64,000 nt of DNA, taken from contig NW_027117346.1 in NCBI RefSeq assembly GCF_038025025.1, positions 1,488,001 to 1,552,000 of the forward strand, written 5' to 3'. This DNA comes from Phyllosticta citribraziliensis. Its lineage: Eukaryota. Of this stretch, positions 37,494-51,800 are shown one piece after another (the first letter of the stretch is position 1; every line of letters begins with the position of its first letter). The notes below the pieces were generated by a model. It worked only from the letters and a program-made list of their open reading frames with translations. It did no database searches and was not told the origin of the DNA. The translations under genes and the position numbers were made by a program.

Positions 37494-38657
37494 ATGGTCG
37501 CCGTCGCTTCTCTCACACGTCCAGTCTTGCGGCGCGCACCTGTGTTGCGCTTGTCGACGTCCTCGCGCTGCATCTCCACCTCGAACCTCAGAGACACGCT
37601 CTTCCCGCATCGTCTGCCTCCCGTGTACTCTGATCTGACGCCGTCCTCCTCGCACGCCCTCGCCATTACGCTCTCGTCCTTTCTTCCTGCCGACTGGACA
37701 CTCAAAAGCCCTGTCGCCGCGCTGCCTCGCAACAACGCCGGCACCCCCGCCTTGCCGCCGCCCTCGCCCTCGCTGCCGCTAGCGCCCGCCCACCACCTCG
37801 TCTACTTTAACCCAGCCCTCCCCGCCGAGCGTTTGCTTCCAGATGGAACCGACCCGCTGCAAAGTCCTGGCGAGCAGTATCCGCGGCGCATGTGGGCAGG
37901 TGGACACGTCCGCTGGGGCGAGCGCCCGGTGCCGCTAGACGGGAAGAGGTGGGTTTGCGTAGAAGGCATTCGAGACGTGACAGTCAAGGGGCGCGAGGGC
38001 GAGGAAAAGGTATTCGTGGGGATCGAGCGGCGCATCGGGCAGGCGGATGGCGTGGTTGAGGGTAAAGAGGGATCTGAGGAAGAAGTGCGGCAGAAGCTGT
38101 GGACGGAGAACGAGGATGATTTGGGAGAGGCTTGGGTAATTGAGAGGAGAAACATTGTCTTCATGCGTGGGCGCAGCCCGGAGCAAGCAAAAACGGAGGT
38201 CAGCAAGGGCGGCAAGGTGGTCAAGCGTAGGTTTTGTCTCAAGACACACTCGAGCTGAGGATTGACGACGACGACAGCGCCACACGCCCCCGACTTTTCG
38301 CACACCATTGTACCCACGCCATCTCTCCTCTTCCGCTACAGTGCTCTCACCTTTAATGCCCACGCTATCCACCTGGACCCTGCCTACTGCCGCGATGTCG
38401 AGGGCCACCGCGATCTACTCTTCCACGGCCCGCTGTCCTTCACTTTTCTCGCCACGCTGCTGCACAACAACATCGGCCCTGGCAAGCGCATTGCATCCCT
38501 CGAGTACCGCAATGTCGCTCCGCTGTACTGCAACGAGCCCATCAAGTTTTGCGGACGAAAGGTTGAGAAGGGAAATGGCGGCCTCGAGAGGTACGATGTG
38601 TGGGCTGAGACGCCCGAAGGTGGGTTGGCCGTCAAGGGGACAGCCTGGACGACGTAG
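37494..38657 (+). CDS. Double hot-dog dehydratase (Htd2 / mesaconyl-CoA hydratase-like), probable mitochondrial presequence
   Basis: Intron 38227-38277. Motifs HHLVYF, LLPDGTD, RRMWAGG and LFRYSALTFNAHAIHLD..Y...EGH..LL.HGPL; Arg/Ser-rich N-terminus. Confidence 0.9.
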
Positions 38658-39806
38658 AGTGTTCTAGGACGCTGGTGAAGTGCGTTCGTGAGGATTGAAA
38701 GACGGAGATGGCTATTGCTTGAGCGAGCAGCAAAAGAGAAGAAGAGCGATCAAAATTGAAAAAGTTGCTGCTACCGGATGGCAGGTCGGAACTTGGTAAG
38801 AGCGTAACATGGCGACTAGACAAACGCGTGCCCGCCATGGAGCAGTACCTATTGTCCGGAAAGTCCAGTCGCTATTTTCCTTCTGCATGTCTTTTCGTGG
38901 GCTGTGGCCGTTCATGCTTCACTGACTGGCCTTCACTGACCGACTTGAGAACTATGAGTCTTCTGACTGTTGGCCTGTCATCGGCAACAACTGAAGATTT
39001 TCTAATGAACCTTCCGACATCGCGGTGTACTCCCCGGGAATCCGCTGACCTGTGCCTGTCATCTTATCGCCCTATTTTGATGGGACTCGACGTCATTTGC
39101 ACCAGACGAGAAAGTGTCCGCGGCGAGTCCCGGTTCTTCGTCTCTGGTGCTTTGGTAGCTTTACGGATAGCTCCAAACCACGCGCAATGTGGCTAGTGGA
39201 CCACGTTTTCAATCCCCGCAAATAGAAGTATCCGCACATCTGGGCGTGGTGTGTCCTTTCGGGAAAGGTTTTGCCGCCCTCATGCATCCCATTCCTGGGA
39301 AAGGGGCAGAGTCGCCCATTTGCCGAAGGACGGCTGTCATTTTGGCAGACCCTTTGCCCGCGGGATGATGAGATGAGCGCGTGGCTGTGGCTGTGGCCGA
39401 TGGGATACGGAGCAATTTTGTCCAAGCCAGAAATCTGGGGCAAAGATGAAAGATTGTCTCATGCTGAAAATGCTAATTTTTGAGACAGAGGGTTGAATTG
39501 TCATTAGGGAGTCCTCGAGCCTCTTACAACGAACAATCTGGTGAACAGTGAGAACCTCGTTCATGTCTAAGCGTGCTTTCTCCAGACAATTTATCTCTCG
39601 AACAACACTGGACAGCGTACCTGCATTTCCCACAAAAAGGGTCCATCAAATTAGCGCTTAGAAGCTTCAAGCCACGTCCGTACCGCAACCAGGAGCCATG
39701 GACAGGACCACATGCAAAGCCATGGCATCAACCATATTCCATCCCCTCGCTCTGAGGGTACTCACAAATCACCATTTCAGCCTAGCAAGCAAGAAAAAAA
39801 TACATC

Positions 39807-40297
39807 ATGGCCGCAGACGAGAAGGCTCCCGCTACAGAGCGCTTCAGCACGCTCGAAGTCGACCACAGCAGCGAGCTGCCCGAGGTAGCCCTCAAGGCCG
39901 CAGACAAACAAGCAGACCGACCGCCGAACGATGACGGCAGCAGCGCCCCCGAAGTCGTCAACCTCGCCTCGTCGCCTCAGTCCATGTCGACGCTGTCGCC
40001 AAAAATCGACGCATCCTCGGATCCACGCTACTCGTACACGTCGGTGCCTGGCTACGCCAACAGCAGCGGCACGCCTGACGCGCGCTTCTCACACGCCTCG
40101 GTGCCGGTTGACGGTTTTGCTGTTCCTCCTACGCCGCTCGAGGGCCCGGAGCCCAAGGGCGCTGTCGAGAATGGCCGCAAAAGGACTATCTGCGGCATCC
40201 GGCGCCGCACATTCTGGCTATGCCTCAGCATCGTGCTGGTATTCATCGCCGCAGCGGCAATAGGGGGCGGCGTGGGCGGTGTCGTGGGGAACCGGAA

Positions 40298-40328
<31 letters not shown>

Positions 40329-41586
40329 AACACCAACAACGGCGTGACGGCCACGACGGCTGGGACGGGCGCAGCCAATCTGACGACGACGACGACGACA
40401 ACGCGCCTGTTGCCCAGCTCGAAACTCGCGGCTGTCAATTACACGGACAGCAGGGGCGCCAATTACAATCGGCTGTACTATCAGACGGCAAGCTTGGAGA
40501 TTGCGGTGGCGGAATGGGACACCGCGTCGTTAAATTGGTCGATTCCGGCGATCGTCAAGTTGAGTGGGAGTGACAGCAATACCAAGATCGAGGCAAAAAA
40601 TGGCACCCCGATTGCGGCATACGTGTATTGGCGCGCTGACGGGAAAGTGAGTACATCCCCTCTCCTAGAAACTTTCCCCCACTGTTTGGCCCCTGAATCG
40701 CCGGCGCAAGGCGAAGGACACAAGACTTGAAAATAGAAGCTGAACTGCTCGCCTGTAGCACACCTTCGAACTCGCCTTTCTCGACAAGACCAACCTGATC
40801 CGCGCCTACTCTTCCAACATCTCCGCCCCGTCGACGTGGAGCCTCAGCTCCGCCGATTCGCTCGTGCGCGCCGCGGGAGATAGCAGCCTCGCAGCGTACG
40901 CTACGGGCTGCAGCGTGTGCCTCAGCGGCGCGCAATGGCTGCTCTACCAAGACGACGACGGCAGCGTCAACGTGCTGGCCGCGCAGAACGGAACCAATTC
41001 CACCGACGACGACAACGACGGGAAAGCTCCAACGTGGAGCAGTCCCGTGACGATCCTGCCCTCGGCCGTGCCAGGCACCGCGCTCGCCGCCATCCCCATC
41101 TTCCCCGTGCAGGGCAACGAGCCCAAGGCCGCCGTCTACGCCAACGCCAACGCGCTCAAGGAGGTCTACTTCATCGCGTCGGCGTCGCCGCAGTGGGCGC
41201 CGCTGACCAGCATCGCCGAGTCGAGCGCGGCGTCGGCCGCGCTGAGCCCGGCCGCGGGCATCGCCGCCTTCGCCCGCGACGTCGACGACGAGCTCGACAT
41301 CGCCGTGCTGACGACCAAGGGCGGCGCCGCCGGCGGCGTGGCCGTCACGTGGTGGGACGGCGCGAAGGCGACGTGGGGCCGCGTCGCGAGCGTGGCGGGC
41401 ATGGAGGGCGTCAATGCGAACAGTCCGGTCGCGGCGAACCAGGCCGGGAGCGTGTTTGCGTTTGCGGATGGCGGCGATGGGACGCAGGTTACCGAGTGGC
41501 GGTTTGCCGGGGGCGCGGGGACGGGGGATGCGGCCGGGGCGGCGAGGTGGGACAAGTTTGGTGTTGTGCCGCTGCTGTCGGGTTGA
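39807..41586 (+). CDS. Type II membrane protein with fungal fucose-lectin-like beta-propeller ectodomain
   Basis: Intron 40647-40758. Cytosolic APEVV region, RTICGIRRRTFW + TM + GGGVGG, S/T linker, then repeats SKLAAV..RLYYQ, GTPIAA, SSLAA..LLYQ and GTALAA. Confidence 0.8.
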
Positions 41587-42043
41587 TTGGTTCTGTTGGT
41601 TCATTTTTGGTCGGTGTTGAAGAAGGCGGAGTTGGACTGGAAAGGGGGTGGAAGTAGGGCGTCAGGGGTCAGACTTGGCTTTACCAGGATCATTCAAATT
41701 GTGCATCAACAAAGCGCTGGATTCAAGTACGTATTTGCTCTCTACATTTCCATGTCCTTCGTCTAATTGGCAGAGACTTGACAACTCCTGACCACACTGA
41801 CCTGTCAGGTGATTGATAGATTTTGAAAGACTAATGGCACACATTAGAAAAAGGCGGGAAAGCACTCAAGCCGCTCGGTACAACAGGGACAGGCAGCATT
41901 CAAGCTCCCCGACAAGACGGATGACCACGGACAGGGAGCTATCAAAAAAGTCACATTGCATCTGCCACGACTTGAGATTCTTTTTCATCGTGAACTCACA
42001 TCTCTCGACCCCTCCAGTACTCGCAACCGCTCATTCCCTAAAC

Positions 42044-44696
42044 CTAATACCCAGCAACGAAATACCCCTCCAACCTCTCGACGCCCCTGCCTACCCTCCC
42101 CTCCTCACTCATGCGCGGCCACTCCTCGACAACGAAGCCCTCCTCCTCGCCCACAACTTCGAAACTGACGCTGCGGCCCTCACCCAACATGTCCGCCTCC
42201 TCGCCCTCGACGCCAACCTCGATGCTGTACGTGCCGGGCCAGACCTTCTTGTCGCCGTGCTCGTCGGCGCGCGCCAGGCGGCCCAGGTCCAGCGCCACGC
42301 CGACGGTCTGCGTGCTGCCGGGCGCCAGGTCGTGGAGGCGCGTGTACGCGACGAGCGTCTTGAGCGGGACGGGCTGCGGACCGACGGCCGCGGGGAAGCG
42401 CGCAAAGAGCAGCGCGGCGTAGTCGGACGTCGTGTTGCCCGTGTTCGTGACGGCGAGGGAGAGCGGCGGCAGGGCGCACGCGTCGAGGTGCGTGGTGGCG
42501 TTGCAGGACGACGTGACGGCGGCGAGGTCGACGGCGTCGGTGCCGTCGGGGAGCGCCAGCGAGGCCGAGAACGTCGTGTAGTGCAGCCCCCAGCCGAACG
42601 GGTACGTCGCCGTGCCGTTGTACCACATGTACGTCCGCCCTGGGCTGCCCGTCTCGTCGTTCGGCCGCAGACTCATGTCCGTCATGGGCACCTGGCTCAC
42701 GTAGCGCGCTGGATACTGCGTCGTCGGGAGACGGCCGGCCGGCGCCACCTTGCCAGTCAAGATGTCCAGCAGCGCCGTGCCGCCCGATTGCCCCGGGTAT
42801 CCGGCCCACACGATGGCGCTGATGTTGGGGTTGGCTACGAGCGGCGCGCTGTCGATCTGCCCGCCGCCCATGGCGACGACGATGGTGGGCTTGCCTTGGG
42901 ATGCCAGGCGCGATATCAAATCTAGTTGCGGCCCGCTCCATCCGATTGTCACGCGGTCCATGCCTTCGAGCTCGACGTCGTTGTCGATACCGCCAATGTA
43001 AACAATCACGTCGGCAGATGAGGCTGCGGGCCAGATCTCATTCCATTTTCCCGTAGTCGGGTCTCCTTGTCCGTTGCCGTTGGCATAGCTGACGTTGAGG
43101 CCGGCTTCTTGTGCTGCCATGAGTGGTGATATCAGGAAGGGCTTGCTACTGGTCAGCTACTGCCACTGTATGAGTAGTATGTGAAAGACTTACCGCGGTG
43201 CCAGCATAGTTCCCCTGAGCTTGTGTGGTCGCGTTGGCCCACTCTCCTATAAGCGCGATGGAGGTCTCGGGCGTGAGAGACAGAGGCAGGGCGTTGTCGG
43301 TGTTCTTGAGCAGCGTGATGCCTTCTTGGGCCGCCTTCAGCGCCAGCTTCTGCGCATGCTCCGTGTTGACGCTGCTCCAGTTGAGCGCGCGATACGGCTG
43401 GACAGACGCCGGGTCAAAGTATCCTAGCTGCACAAGCCCAGAGTAAACGCGCGTCAGAGCCCTGTCGAGCGTGGTTTCGTTGATGAGACCTTGCTCATAG
43501 GCCAAGGGAAGGTAGGTTTGATAGTAGGTACCGCAGTCGAGGTCTACTGGCGTCAGTGAAACAGGCCTTGCATGTATTTGAAGTAAAACGACTCACCAAC
43601 ACCGGCGTTGAGCGAGTCTGCCGCCGCCTCCTCCTGTGACGAAGCCCACTGGTGGGGCAGGTAGACGTTCTGGATGGAATCACAGTCCGAGACGACGTAT
43701 TGATTGTCGTTGGTCCAGCCCCAGTGCTCACGCAGCAGCGTCGTCTGGAGGTATGGGTCGGCACAAGTTGGAACGCCATTGACTGCATTGTACGTGCACA
43801 TGAAGGAGCCAACGTTGGCGTCGCGCGCGCAGCTGGCGAAAGGAGGGGAGTAGTAGTCGGACAAGTCCTGAGGCGTGATTTGTGCATCGAATTGATATCG
43901 CCAGTTGCCATTCCAGCTCTCAATGTCATATCCTGATGATGGTTAGCCCTGGCTAGGGTGCATCTCGCGTACCGAAAGATGAACTTACCCAAAAAGTGTT
44001 TGCATGTTGCCACAATCTTTTTGTACTTGGGGTGGACTCCTCCCTGCAGTCCATCCAGCAGAGCGCGCACATAGCTTGCAATGTGGAATGGATCCTCTCC
44101 AGGCGTCTCCTGTCCGCGGCCCCAGCGAGAATCACGGAAAGGGTTGACGTTGGGAGTCCAAGCATCAATGCCAAACTGCCCGGCGTTGCTGAAAGCACGA
44201 GACTCGGTGCTCACGACATCAGCGACAGCGCGAATCAACTCGTCATCGAAGGCCGCGCCCATGAGAATCGGCTGCGGGAAGCTCGTTGCGTGCGTAAACT
44301 GATCCGTGTCATTGGCGTCTCTAAAAACCTCCACGTCGTACGAGTATGCCACGCCGTGCAGCGCCTCGTTCCACCATTGGTACGGTGGAATCCCTAGCCG
44401 CGGCACGCCCGGCGCCGTGTTGCCTGTGTTGCTGAACTTTTCTTCGAGCGTGAGCGCGGCGACGAGGGCGGCGGCGCGGGCTTTGGGTGCTGTGGTGGAT
44501 CTTGTTAGTCAATTGCTCGTGGGCTTGCCATTAGACGAGAGGAAAATGTCAACGTACTCGCTGTGGTGTCGCAGACCAAGTTCTCTTTGAGTGGCCCATT
44601 CTCGCAATCGGGAAAGCCGTATAACCTCAAACCAGCCACGGCATCAATGCCCACCGCCAGGAGAGTCGCGAGACGCGTCAAGCTGTACGGCGCCAT
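42044..44696 (-). CDS. Secreted GH3 beta-xylosidase (XlnD/BxlB-like)
   Basis: Multi-exon gene: signal peptide, FPDCENGPL..NLVCD, WWNEALHGVA, ATSFPQPI, RWGRGQETPGED, CKHF, YVVSDCD (nucleophile), ELEGMDR, PGRTY.WY and an FnIII-like tail. Confidence 0.96.
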
Positions 44697-46658
44697 GGCT
44701 CTTAGCAATCAGACCGAGAACAAGCCCAAAGCTTTGCGGAAAGAGGAGGAAGAACAACAATCAAGAGACCTGGCCATGGCCGTATTTAAGTCCCAGATCA
44801 TCTGGTCACTCGCGCTGCGAAGGCGTGGGAGACAACTCGCGTTCTCCGCATTGTACCCCAGGAAACCCGCCGACTTGTGGGGACGTCATACTGCGGGGTC
44901 GCAAATCCAGAGGACTCCTTCGTACGGTTATTCTTCACGACTCGGCGAGAGGAGGGGCAGTCTGACCGACGGCAGTCCGAATCTCGCATCTTCTGATGTC
45001 GAGCTGCGAGAAAAAGTAGAAAACATGCCACTCCTTTATCCACGACGTAGGCAAAGATTTGCATTCTTCCACGACCATCTTGCTCGGTGCCTGCATCGCG
45101 TCATCAATTCCCTTGGCAGATGTCGACCAGTGCGGTGGAGTGGTTTACCAGCTCGCTTGTCGGTGCTGCATCTGCCGACGACGTCAAAAGGTCAGATTAA
45201 GCTTACCCGCAAAAGGCGACGAAAGAGGCATTTCGCACCGCAGCTCTCAAAATGCGGCTGTTGCGCAGCAGTGTGCATGTGCCTGTCAGTGGGTAAGAAA
45301 TAAATCTGCATGCGTCTTTAGCCGCGAATTCAGCCGGAAATCGGGTCAATCTCAGCTCACCTCTCAAGTGGACTGTACACTGGGTTAGACCATAATAGGG
45401 TCAGATCATGTCCACTGGCGGACCTTTTTTTGTTTTCTTTCAACCATTTCGAAAGTAGAGTGAGACACACGAAGAAAAAGTCAGGTCTTTGCAAGATGTT
45501 GGAAATACCTCTTGTCACTTCTTACACTCACCACAGAGCAGAACGTCTTGCCTTGAACTGAACAATTGCATTCAACTGGACAATATAAGCCTCAAATCGA
45601 GCCAATCGATTAAACTCGGGGGACAATCAACAAAAGAATCGCACAGTCAATCGGGGAAAAAAAAAAAAAAAAGAATAAACGGAGGGGGAGTACCGGTATC
45701 GGGGGGTTGATGTGTAACGACAGAGGCGCATAGACTACTTTGTTTGACTGGACTCGTTCACACACGGACGGCCAAAAGATCAACGAAAGAAAAAAATCCC
45801 CGGCAAAAGTAATGACAGGTGAGAAAGAAAAACGGAAAAACTGTGGTTCAAATAATACAATGCAAGATCCCGCCCGCCTTGAAAAGATGTCGCGTAGGAT
45901 ATGTAGGATACACAGTGGATGTGGGAAGAAAGCAAACTCCCTGGGTCTTGCGGCAGTGAAAGACAGCTCCCGAGACGCGACTGTGATAGCGTGTGCAAGC
46001 TCCATAGCTTCATCTGTGACGATGATGAAAGCTCCTGGACACAGGCGCCGTACCAGGTATCCAACTGTTGACGGATGGGTCTTGACCACTCGGGCTGGAG
46101 AAGGCACTAGCGAGGATGAATAGTTGCGGTGGGAAGACTTCACGTGTGGTGAAGGTGAGAAGCAGCAGAAGAGAAACAACGACCGTACCGCAATGCGGCA
46201 GAGCAAGAGGAGAGGAAAAAAGACGTGAAAAGAGCACCAGCGCAAGAAACCCAATCAAGGTCGATTATTCAAACGCACACAACCAGCCGCTACCAACCAG
46301 CCACCTCGTCAATGCTTTTTTTGTGTTTGATCTCGTCTCTCTTCCAGAAAGGGTACCCAACGTTTGTCGCGTCAAAACGTCTCTTGTTCGGATATCAATA
46401 GATGATGGAGTGTCGAATATCTCATGTGATGATGATGATGACAATGATGATGTAGGCTCTCGTCGTGCAAAGAGGAAGGCAGGGGAATGCGGAGCGCGAA
46501 CTCCATCAGTGTTTAGTGTCTACGTTTCGTAGCGTCATTCGTCGTCGTATGCGTCATGAAAGCCCCCTTTCTTGCTTGCAATTAAGAGCGGGCTCCTCCG
46601 TGATTTTTTTAGGCCGTTCCTTCTTGAGTGCATATACGGGCGTGAGTTTCTGCTGTTT

Positions 46659-48621
46659 TCACTCCACCACAATCTCGACGCCGGACTGGGAAGAGAGCTC
46701 ATCGCTGCCGCGGCCATGGTGGCCGTTTTGTCTGGTCCGCGAAAAGCCGGAGCCGCGCTCGGGAATGGGACCGCGCGGCTGGCGAGTGGGCAAGCCCTGG
46801 CTGCGGTCGCGGTTCTGTTCATTCTCGTAGTTGGTGCTGAAAGATCTGTGGCTGCCAATCGGACCGGGATTCCTGTCCGAATCCCAAGAGACCATGCCGC
46901 GCAAGCCGCGGGGGCTGCCGCTCTGGCCAAAGCCGCCGCCGAGGTTCATGTTGCTGAGGCCATTGACGAGCAAGTTGTCCTCCTTGCCGAGCGTGGCGGT
47001 CGGCGTCAGGCTAGGGTTGGTCGATGAGGAGCTGTGTCCATAATCCTGGTACCTGTTAATGTTGCCACTGAGCGTCGCCGGGAAGCTGGCAGTGGAAGGT
47101 ACCGGAGAAGGCGTGTAGGAGCGCAGGTCGGCGTACGACTTTGCAGCTCTGAGATTCGGTGCAGCTGTAAGACCACCACCCGGCGAATCGGGAAAACCTA
47201 GCAGGCCGGACGACTGGCGACCGAGAGTGCCGCCGTAAAAGTTCTCGCGCACGTCGCTAAAGTCCGTCGTGGCAGCGCGGTTGAGACCGCGGCGCTGGGC
47301 ATCGAGGGGATGGCTAGTCGGCGCCATCTGGGGCATCGGGGGGCTCGTGTTGGGGTCTCCGTACTTGTAGACGTGCACCTGGCGCGAGTCACCCATGCCT
47401 TTGGAGCTGTGCGACAGGCCCATAGTATGGGCAATCGTGTGGCAGATGCGGCGCTGGGCAGGCGTGAGGGTCGAGGGAAAGACGAGCACCTCGCGGTTGG
47501 GGTCCTCCTTGAACAAGAGGAGCTGCGAGTAGAATTGGAGGTGCTGGGGGTCGTTCATGTCTACCTCTGTTCCGGCGTTGTTAGCCCACGAAGGGCCAGT
47601 CATGACGTCCAACTCACCAGGCTTCCTACCATTGACGGGTGATGGAGAAGCGGCCGACTGGACGTGAGACGACATGGAGGACAGCGAGGGCTGGGTGTGA
47701 AGCTGCGAGGAAGGCAAAGGCCGGTGCTGCTCCTCCAGCTGACCCCGGCGCTCCCTCTTCTCACGCTCAATGCGCTCCCTCTCTGCCAGCGGAAGCATCT
47801 TCTTGTACTCGACGCGGAGCTTGCGGCCTTGCAGCTCAAAGTGGTTCATGGTCTCGATGACGGCCGCAGTCTCTTCGGGAGTGGTAAAGTTGGCAAAGGC
47901 CAGGCCGCGAAAGACGCCATTGTCAAAGTGATAGTTGAAGGCGTAGGGCAGCGGCAGGCGAAGGTCGGTCATGAGCTGCACGAGCTGCTCCTTTTTGACG
48001 GCAAACGGTATATTCTTGATGACGATGGCGGTGGGGATGAGCTCCTCGTCGGCGTCTGTCGAGCTGTAGGGGTCGGGGCGGCCCATCTGTCCCTGAGCAA
48101 TGCCCTGCGGCAGGTTTTGGCCGAGGCCGTGGTGCTGGCCGATTCCGAGCGACGACGCTCCGAGGCCAGAAAAGGCGTTGGAAACGTTTGGCAGAGGCGG
48201 CTGCTGGTCGAGCCACGGCTGTAGAGTTGCGAGTCAGCAGGCGGATGAAGCAGAGTTTGTCCGAGCAACTTACCGAAGGCAGAGCAGAGCGCGCGCGAGA
48301 CGAGGGCTTCATCCTCGTGGTCGCGTTGAGGGCGGCCAGGCCGTTGCTGCCGGCAAAGGCGTTGGCGTTCCATCCCTGGGCGCCGCCCAGTTCGTAGCCA
48401 GTGTAGCCGGCGTGGATGGTCGCGTTGAGCCTATCGTTGTAGCGCGACGAGTCGTAGCGCGTTTGGTGGTCGTCCTGGGGGTAGAGGCCCGAGTTGAGCT
48501 GGCCGTAGGCGTCAAACTGGCGCGAGGGCTGGCGGTGCAGTGTTTGCGGCTGATGACGATGCGAGCCCGGCGAGCGGGATGATTGATTCTCGTAATACAT
48601 GTCGTGGGAATGACTGGTCAT
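46659..48621 (-). CDS. RRM + R3H RNA-binding protein (Pin4/Cip2-like)
   Basis: Exons 48621-48274, 48218-47618 and 47566-46659. Motifs IPTAIVIKNIPF...PYAFNYHFDNGVFRGLAFANF...GRKLRVEYKK and R3H QRRICHTIAH. Confidence 0.93.
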
Positions 48622-48877
48622 TATACAGAGGGAGTGGGCGGGGGAAGGTGGGGGATGGTCCGAGGCTGGAGATGAATTTTTTTTCTTGGATGCAGACGTG
48701 GGCGTCGTCAGTCCTGGGCTCCTCTCGCGTCGTGTCGGTCGTTAGGCGGAGCGGTGCGCGGGGTGCGGCATCCGAGAAACGGGACTCTAGCGAAGAGGAG
48801 AGTCGTCGGCGAGCAGGATGGGAGGGGTTTGGCGGATGCAGCGGTGTTGGGGTCAGCACTGCTGGGGGTGGAGGAGA

Positions 48878-48910
48878 GGTGGTGGTGGTGGTGGTGGTGG
48901 TGGTGGTGGT
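48878..48910 (+). repeat. (GGT)11 microsatellite
   Basis: Direct read; lies upstream of the PIN4-like ATG on the minus strand. Confidence 0.95.
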
Positions 48911-49082
48911 GTTTGGCGAGATCCGGTTGAGTGCGAGGAGAGAGTACCGCACGGCAGCAGCTGCTGACTACACACGGGACTAGACTAGGTAGGCAATGTG
49001 GTAAGGCAGACCTGGCAACGCGGCACTAGACAGCTGTCTCAGCGATGATGCAGAGCAGTGACAGCGACGTTGACAGCGGGCG

Positions 49083-49115
<33 letters not shown>
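49083..49115 (+). repeat. (GGC)11 microsatellite
   Basis: Direct read. Confidence 0.95.
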
Positions 49116-49117
<2 letters not shown>

Positions 49118-51199
49118 GGACTACGGCCTAGTGTAGTGGCGAGCGAGTGGATCTTGTGGTGTTGGACTTGACTTGGTCTGCGGCGGTGGTGGTGGTGTTC
49201 ACATCAGTTGGTAGACTGAGCTATGCACTGCTTAAGACCTGCTTCGAACCCCTATCCCCTCGCTCCCCCTACGCCGACGACTTGACGACGACAATTGAGA
49301 CAGACGAGGTCCGGTCGGCCCGGCCGTCCACCACAGATTGCATGCTGCCCGTGCAGGCCGTCTTCATCTCTTTTGCTCCATGATGCTCAAAGGGGCGCTC
49401 CCGTATCAAGACCGATCCTGCCCGACCATGCCAACCACACCGCCCGGCAACCCAACACAACACCACCTTACCACGCCCATCCTCGCTGGGTGCCGTTGCC
49501 ACGACGCGTCGACTGTTTACTTCGGGCTCACGTCCAGTCTTGGAATTCCCACGTCGCACTCCTCTACCGACCCTCGTCGCACACCACTGGGTCGACACAT
49601 CCATCTCAGACCTGCTCACCCCATCTCGTCTGTCCGCCGCGTCTCGTCTCACCTCTGCCACCCTCTCACTCACTTCCTCACCACCACCACCAACCAAACA
49701 CTCCCCGCGAGTCATCTCGACGCCTCTGCCTCGTCCACCTGACCACCACTCTCTCGCTCACTCCAACATATCCAACAACCCTCGCTCCACGCACGCATGA
49801 TTGATTGCCGCCCACCCACCTTCCCCATCCATCCTCCTACGCCAGACGCAATCCATGTCTGCCTGCGCTGCGCCCCACCCTCGCGCATACACTCCCATAA
49901 CTATACCATGTCCACGCCTACATACAGCATCTGCCTTAACCAGCTACATGCGTGCCCGCCCCGCCTCGCCTCGCCTACCGCCCCTACATACCACCGCCGG
50001 CAGCCACTTGCACCTCATCACACGCCGCACGCAGCAAGCGCCGGTCATGTGACGCCGTCCTCCTTGCTGGGTGGGTGGTTCACCTCACCCCAGCAGCTTA
50101 CTCACGCGCCCATCTGATTACTGACGAGAGCCAAAATTACCCCTCTGCCCTTCACTCTCGTATCGCCGTGAAAGATTGAGCTTGAGCCATACATCATCCA
50201 CTGTCGCGGGGCCGTCTCGGATGTCAACATGCGGACGTGCCAAGCTGCTCTGATCTGTCCATGTACCTGTCTGTGTCCATGTGCAGATATACGAGTCGAG
50301 AAGAACGTGCCGTAGCGCACGTCCCCAGGCGCCATGGGACAGGGCTGCATGGTGGACTAGAGCCAAAGGCTACATTTGTAAGACTGTCTCCTGTGAAGCG
50401 TCAACTACGTCGACGTGGGCAAGAAAAGGGAAAGCAGGTTTCCAACATGTGCTGCCCAAGTGCTGGACGTCGAGCTGCCCTATGTTCCTCATTTCCTCGT
50501 CCCTTCCTCCCTTTTGAGATTTTTTTAATTTTTTTTTTCTTCCCCCTCTCTTGATTTTCTGTTCACGTGTGAAAGCCACTTGATCACAACTGCAGACCAA
50601 TCATGAGGAAACAGGATGACATCCATTCTACAAAATAGCAACCTCGCGCCCTGCTTCCCGCCGTCGTGCATCCAGCAAGTACTCGAACACCGCCACCGCC
50701 GGGAAGCAGGACCAAGGAGAGAGCGAAGGACGGAGCCGCATACGTCCAAGCCACAAAGCAAAGCAGGCCACTGAGTCCCACCCGTCCTCATGGCAGAAGA
50801 GAGTCAAAACACTTTCTCAATCCCAGAACATGTCCTCCACCTGAAATAGCAATCCAGCGTCCGACACGGAACAAAAACATCTTTTTCGTCGCGGCGGGCA
50901 TCCACCGCGTTTCTCTTTGCCACTGCCGTTCCACTTTCTTTGTGCTGCTGTGCGTGCGCGCCGTCCATGTGATGTGCCTACAGTGCCGAGTCATTGCTGT
51001 TGCGGATCCCATCAAAGCCATCCGACCAGCTCGCCGCCTCCCCTCGATATTGGCATCTTGTCTTGTGCGTTTCTTGTGGTTCCCATTAAGAGCCGGGTAT
51101 TCCTGTCATTTCGTGGCCCAGTCCGCCAGTCCCCTCCTCACTGGCGCCTTCCTCAACACGGCCGATTCATGCCAATCCGCAGCACGCATGCGCCAACGA

Positions 51200-51800
51200 C
51201 TAGGCCTCCATCAGGTTCTTCTTGCCCTTCTTTTGTTCCACCTTGAGCAGCAGTGCGCGGTTGATGTGCGGCAGGACACCTCCAAAGGCGATGGTAGCGC
51301 GGATGAGTGTGTCGAGTTCCTCGTCGCCGCGGATGGCCAGTTGCAAGTGGCGTGGCGTGATGCGCTTGACTTTGAGGTCTTTGGCGGCGTTTCCTGCCAA
51401 CTCGAGTACTTCGGCAGTCAAATATTCGAGGACAGCGGTGAGGTAGACGGCGGCCTTGGCTCCGATGCGCGTACGCTGGCGCGTAATGTTGCGAAGGTGA
51501 CGCTTGATGCGACCGCAGGGGAACTGTGCAGCGTCTATCGTCAGCTCTGTGCGATGGTGAAGCCCGCATACGTGATGAGAAATGCGTGTCGTGACGTGGC
51601 GCGTCGACTTGGGGACCGTGATAGCCTTACCTGGAGCCCGGCCTTTGCGGAGTGCGACTTGGTAGTCTTGACTTGGGAGTCTCCGCCCTTGCCACCAGTC
51701 TTGCCGCCAGTTTTGCCTGTGAAGCGCAACAAAATAGACGCGTTAGCCGTTGCATCAGCCCTCGCAAGACGCGATTTTGCTCACCTTTTCCGCCCGGCAT
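51200..51800 (-). CDS. HTZ1: Histone variant H2A.Z
   Basis: Exons 51800-51785, 51716-51631 and 51523-51200 give MPGGKGKTGGK...[14 protein letters not shown]...[59 protein letters not shown]. Confidence 0.97.
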
